Positions 61,327-64,000 of a DNA stretch of 64,000 nt are shown here, piece after piece. The position numbers and the translations under genes are program-made. The stretch lies in contig BK006943.2 in NCBI GenBank assembly GCA_000146045.2, forward strand, positions 320,001-384,000, given 5' to 3'. Within the stretch, counting starts at the first letter, position 1; each line of letters starts with the position of its first letter. Under the pieces are notes generated by a model. That model made no database searches, had not been told where the DNA came from, and worked only from the letters and a program-made list of their open reading frames with translations. Origin of the DNA: TPA_inf: Saccharomyces. Taxonomy: Eukaryota.

Positions 61327-63375
61327 ATGTTTTTCAACAGACTAAGCGCTGGCAAGCTGCTGGTACCACTCTCCGTGGTCCTGTACGCCCTTTTCGTGGT
61401 AATATTACCTTTACAGAATTCTTTCCACTCCTCCAATGTTTTAGTTAGAGGTGCCGATGATGTAGAAAACTACGGAACTGTTATCGGTATTGACTTAGGT
61501 ACTACTTATTCCTGTGTTGCTGTGATGAAAAATGGTAAGACTGAAATTCTTGCTAATGAGCAAGGTAACAGAATCACCCCATCTTACGTGGCATTCACCG
61601 ATGATGAAAGATTGATTGGTGATGCTGCAAAGAACCAAGTTGCTGCCAATCCTCAAAACACCATCTTCGACATTAAGAGATTGATCGGTTTGAAATATAA
61701 CGACAGATCTGTTCAGAAGGATATCAAGCACTTGCCATTTAATGTGGTTAATAAAGATGGGAAGCCCGCTGTAGAAGTAAGTGTCAAAGGAGAAAAGAAG
61801 GTTTTTACTCCAGAAGAAATTTCTGGTATGATCTTGGGTAAGATGAAACAAATTGCCGAAGATTATTTAGGCACTAAGGTTACCCATGCTGTCGTTACTG
61901 TTCCTGCTTATTTCAATGACGCGCAAAGACAAGCCACCAAGGATGCTGGTACCATCGCTGGTTTGAACGTTTTGAGAATTGTTAATGAACCAACCGCAGC
62001 CGCCATTGCCTACGGTTTGGATAAATCTGATAAGGAACATCAAATTATTGTTTATGATTTGGGTGGTGGTACTTTCGATGTCTCTCTATTGTCTATTGAA
62101 AACGGTGTTTTCGAAGTCCAAGCCACTTCTGGTGATACTCATTTAGGTGGTGAAGATTTTGACTATAAGATCGTTCGTCAATTGATAAAAGCTTTCAAGA
62201 AGAAGCATGGTATTGATGTGTCTGACAACAACAAGGCCCTAGCTAAATTGAAGAGAGAAGCTGAAAAGGCTAAACGTGCCTTGTCCAGCCAAATGTCCAC
62301 CCGTATTGAAATTGACTCCTTCGTTGATGGTATCGACTTAAGTGAAACCTTGACCAGAGCTAAGTTTGAGGAATTAAACCTAGATCTATTCAAGAAGACC
62401 TTGAAGCCTGTCGAGAAGGTTTTGCAAGATTCTGGTTTGGAAAAGAAGGATGTTGATGATATCGTTTTGGTTGGTGGTTCTACTAGAATTCCAAAGGTCC
62501 AACAATTGTTAGAATCATACTTTGATGGTAAGAAGGCCTCCAAGGGTATTAACCCAGATGAAGCTGTTGCATACGGTGCAGCCGTTCAAGCTGGTGTCTT
62601 ATCCGGTGAAGAAGGTGTCGAAGATATTGTTTTATTGGATGTCAACGCTTTGACTCTTGGTATTGAAACCACTGGTGGTGTCATGACTCCATTAATTAAG
62701 AGAAATACTGCTATTCCTACAAAGAAATCCCAAATTTTCTCTACTGCCGTTGACAACCAACCAACCGTTATGATCAAGGTATACGAGGGTGAAAGAGCCA
62801 TGTCTAAGGACAACAATCTATTAGGTAAGTTTGAATTAACCGGCATTCCACCAGCACCAAGAGGTGTACCTCAAATTGAAGTCACATTTGCACTTGACGC
62901 TAATGGTATTCTGAAGGTGTCTGCCACAGATAAGGGAACTGGTAAATCCGAATCTATCACCATCACTAACGATAAAGGTAGATTAACCCAAGAAGAGATT
63001 GATAGAATGGTTGAAGAGGCTGAAAAATTCGCTTCTGAAGACGCTTCTATCAAGGCCAAGGTTGAATCTAGAAACAAATTAGAAAACTACGCTCACTCTT
63101 TGAAAAACCAAGTTAATGGTGACCTAGGTGAAAAATTGGAAGAAGAAGACAAGGAAACCTTATTAGATGCTGCTAACGATGTTTTAGAATGGTTAGATGA
63201 TAACTTTGAAACCGCCATTGCTGAAGACTTTGATGAAAAGTTCGAATCTTTGTCCAAGGTCGCTTATCCAATTACTTCTAAGTTGTACGGAGGTGCTGAT
63301 GGTTCTGGTGCCGCTGATTATGACGACGAAGATGAAGATGACGATGGTGATTATTTCGAACACGACGAATTGTAG
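61327..63375 (+). CDS. KAR2: ER lumenal Hsp70 chaperone BiP/Kar2 (682 aa) with an N-terminal signal sequence and a C-terminal HDEL
   Basis: Hsp70 signatures [18 protein letters not shown] and [14 protein letters not shown]. The protein ends ...DYFEHDEL. Confidence 0.95.
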   Translation: MFFNRLSAGKLLVPLSVVLYALFVVILPLQNSFHSSNVLVRGADDVENYGTVIGIDLGTTYSCVAVMKNGKTEILANEQGNRITPSYVAFTDDERLIGDAAKNQVAANPQNTIFDIKRLIGLKYNDRSVQKDIKHLPFNVVNKDGKPAVEVSVKGEKKVFTPEEISGMILGKMKQIAEDYLGTKVTHAVVTVPAYFNDAQRQATKDAGTIAGLNVLRIVNEPTAAAIAYGLDKSDKEHQIIVYDLGGGTFDVSLLSIENGVFEVQATSGDTHLGGEDFDYKIVRQLIKAFKKKHGIDVSDNNKALAKLKREAEKAKRALSSQMSTRIEIDSFVDGIDLSETLTRAKFEELNLDLFKKTLKPVEKVLQDSGLEKKDVDDIVLVGGSTRIPKVQQLLESYFDGKKASKGINPDEAVAYGAAVQAGVLSGEEGVEDIVLLDVNALTLGIETTGGVMTPLIKRNTAIPTKKSQIFSTAVDNQPTVMIKVYEGERAMSKDNNLLGKFELTGIPPAPRGVPQIEVTFALDANGILKVSATDKGTGKSESITITNDKGRLTQEEIDRMVEEAEKFASEDASIKAKVESRNKLENYAHSLKNQVNGDLGEKLEEEDKETLLDAANDVLEWLDDNFETAIAEDFDEKFESLSKVAYPITSKLYGGADGSGAADYDDEDEDDDGDYFEHDEL

Positions 63376-63836
63376 ATAAAATAGTTAAAAATTTTTGCTG
63401 CTGGAAGCTTCAAGGTTGTTAATTTATTGACTTGCATAGAATATCTACATTTCTTCTAAAAATACATGCATAGCTAATTCAAACTTCGAGCTTCATACAA
63501 TTTTCGAGGAGATTATACTGAGTATATACGTAAATATATGCATTATATGTTATAAAATTAGAAAGATATAGAAATTTCATTGAAGAGTATAGAGACTGGG
63601 GTTAAGGTACTCAGTAACAGTGTCATCAATATGCTAATTTTGCGTATTACTTAGCTCTATTGCGCAAATGCAATTTTTTCTTACCCTGATAATGCTTTAT
63701 TTCCCGTTCCGAAAATTTTTCACTGAAAAAAAAGTGCTTAAGCTCATCTCATCTCATCTCATCCCATCACTATTGAAATATTTTGCTAAAACATTATAAC
63801 AGAGAGAGTTGAAAGGCTCGAGAACCTAATACTGAA

Positions 63837-64000
63837 ATGGCCAAAAAAAATAGATTGAACACAACTCAAAGAAAGACTTTACGTCAAAAGGAAGATGAGT
63901 ACATCGAAAACTTGAAAACCAAAATTGATGAGTATGACCCTAAGATAACCAAGGCCAAGTTTTTCAAAGATCTCCCCATTAGCGATCCCACATTAAAAGG
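63837..64000 (+). CDS. HCA4: 5' end (partial; runs off the window) of the DEAD-box helicase Hca4/Dbp4
   Basis: ATG at 63837. [35 protein letters not shown]... matches the expected next gene YJL033W. Confidence 0.6.

Overview
This window reads as a contiguous 64 kb stretch of the Saccharomyces cerevisiae chromosome X left arm, running from YJL061W (NUP82) to the 5' end of YJL033W (HCA4). I recognise it from the protein translations and gene order (NUP82, BNA3, YHC3, BIT61, IKS1, ZAP1, YJL055W, TIM54, PEP8, TDH1, IRC8, MTR4, CHM7, UBX6, RTT101, AIM22, YJL045W, GYP6, YJL043W, MHP1, NSP1, NUP192, LOH1, IRC18, SNX4, TAD2, KAR2, HCA4). I could not run a database search, so gene symbols beyond the unmistakable ones (TDH1, KAR2/BiP with HDEL, the NSP1 FSFG nucleoporin, ZAP1 zinc fingers, the MTR4 DExH helicase) rest on remembered synteny and protein lengths. 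The window is gene-dense eukaryotic DNA with 27 complete protein genes and one partial gene. It also holds six tRNA genes, including two inverted copies of the dicistronic tRNA-Arg(UCU)/tRNA-Asp(GUC) unit, and a cluster of Ty long terminal repeats near tRNA genes. The clearest structural feature is one solo LTR inserted inside another with a 5-bp target-site duplication. NSP1 has a 5' intron that splits the start codon (A|intron|TG) and carries a near-perfect 285-bp higher-order tandem duplication within its FSFG repeat array. The KAR2 promoter carries the classic HSE, GC-rich box and UPRE. Segmental-duplication signatures include the LOH1/IRC18 divergent paralog pair and the inverted tRNA pairs. 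There is a local GC-rich island over YJL043W and the MHP1 5' end. Several ORF-track entries begin at TTG or GTG; I corrected those starts to ATG (IRC8, BNA3, GYP6, AIM22, NSP1). I see no CRISPR, operon or prokaryotic defence architecture and no convincing undescribed system. The findings below are ranked observations on a well-studied genome region.
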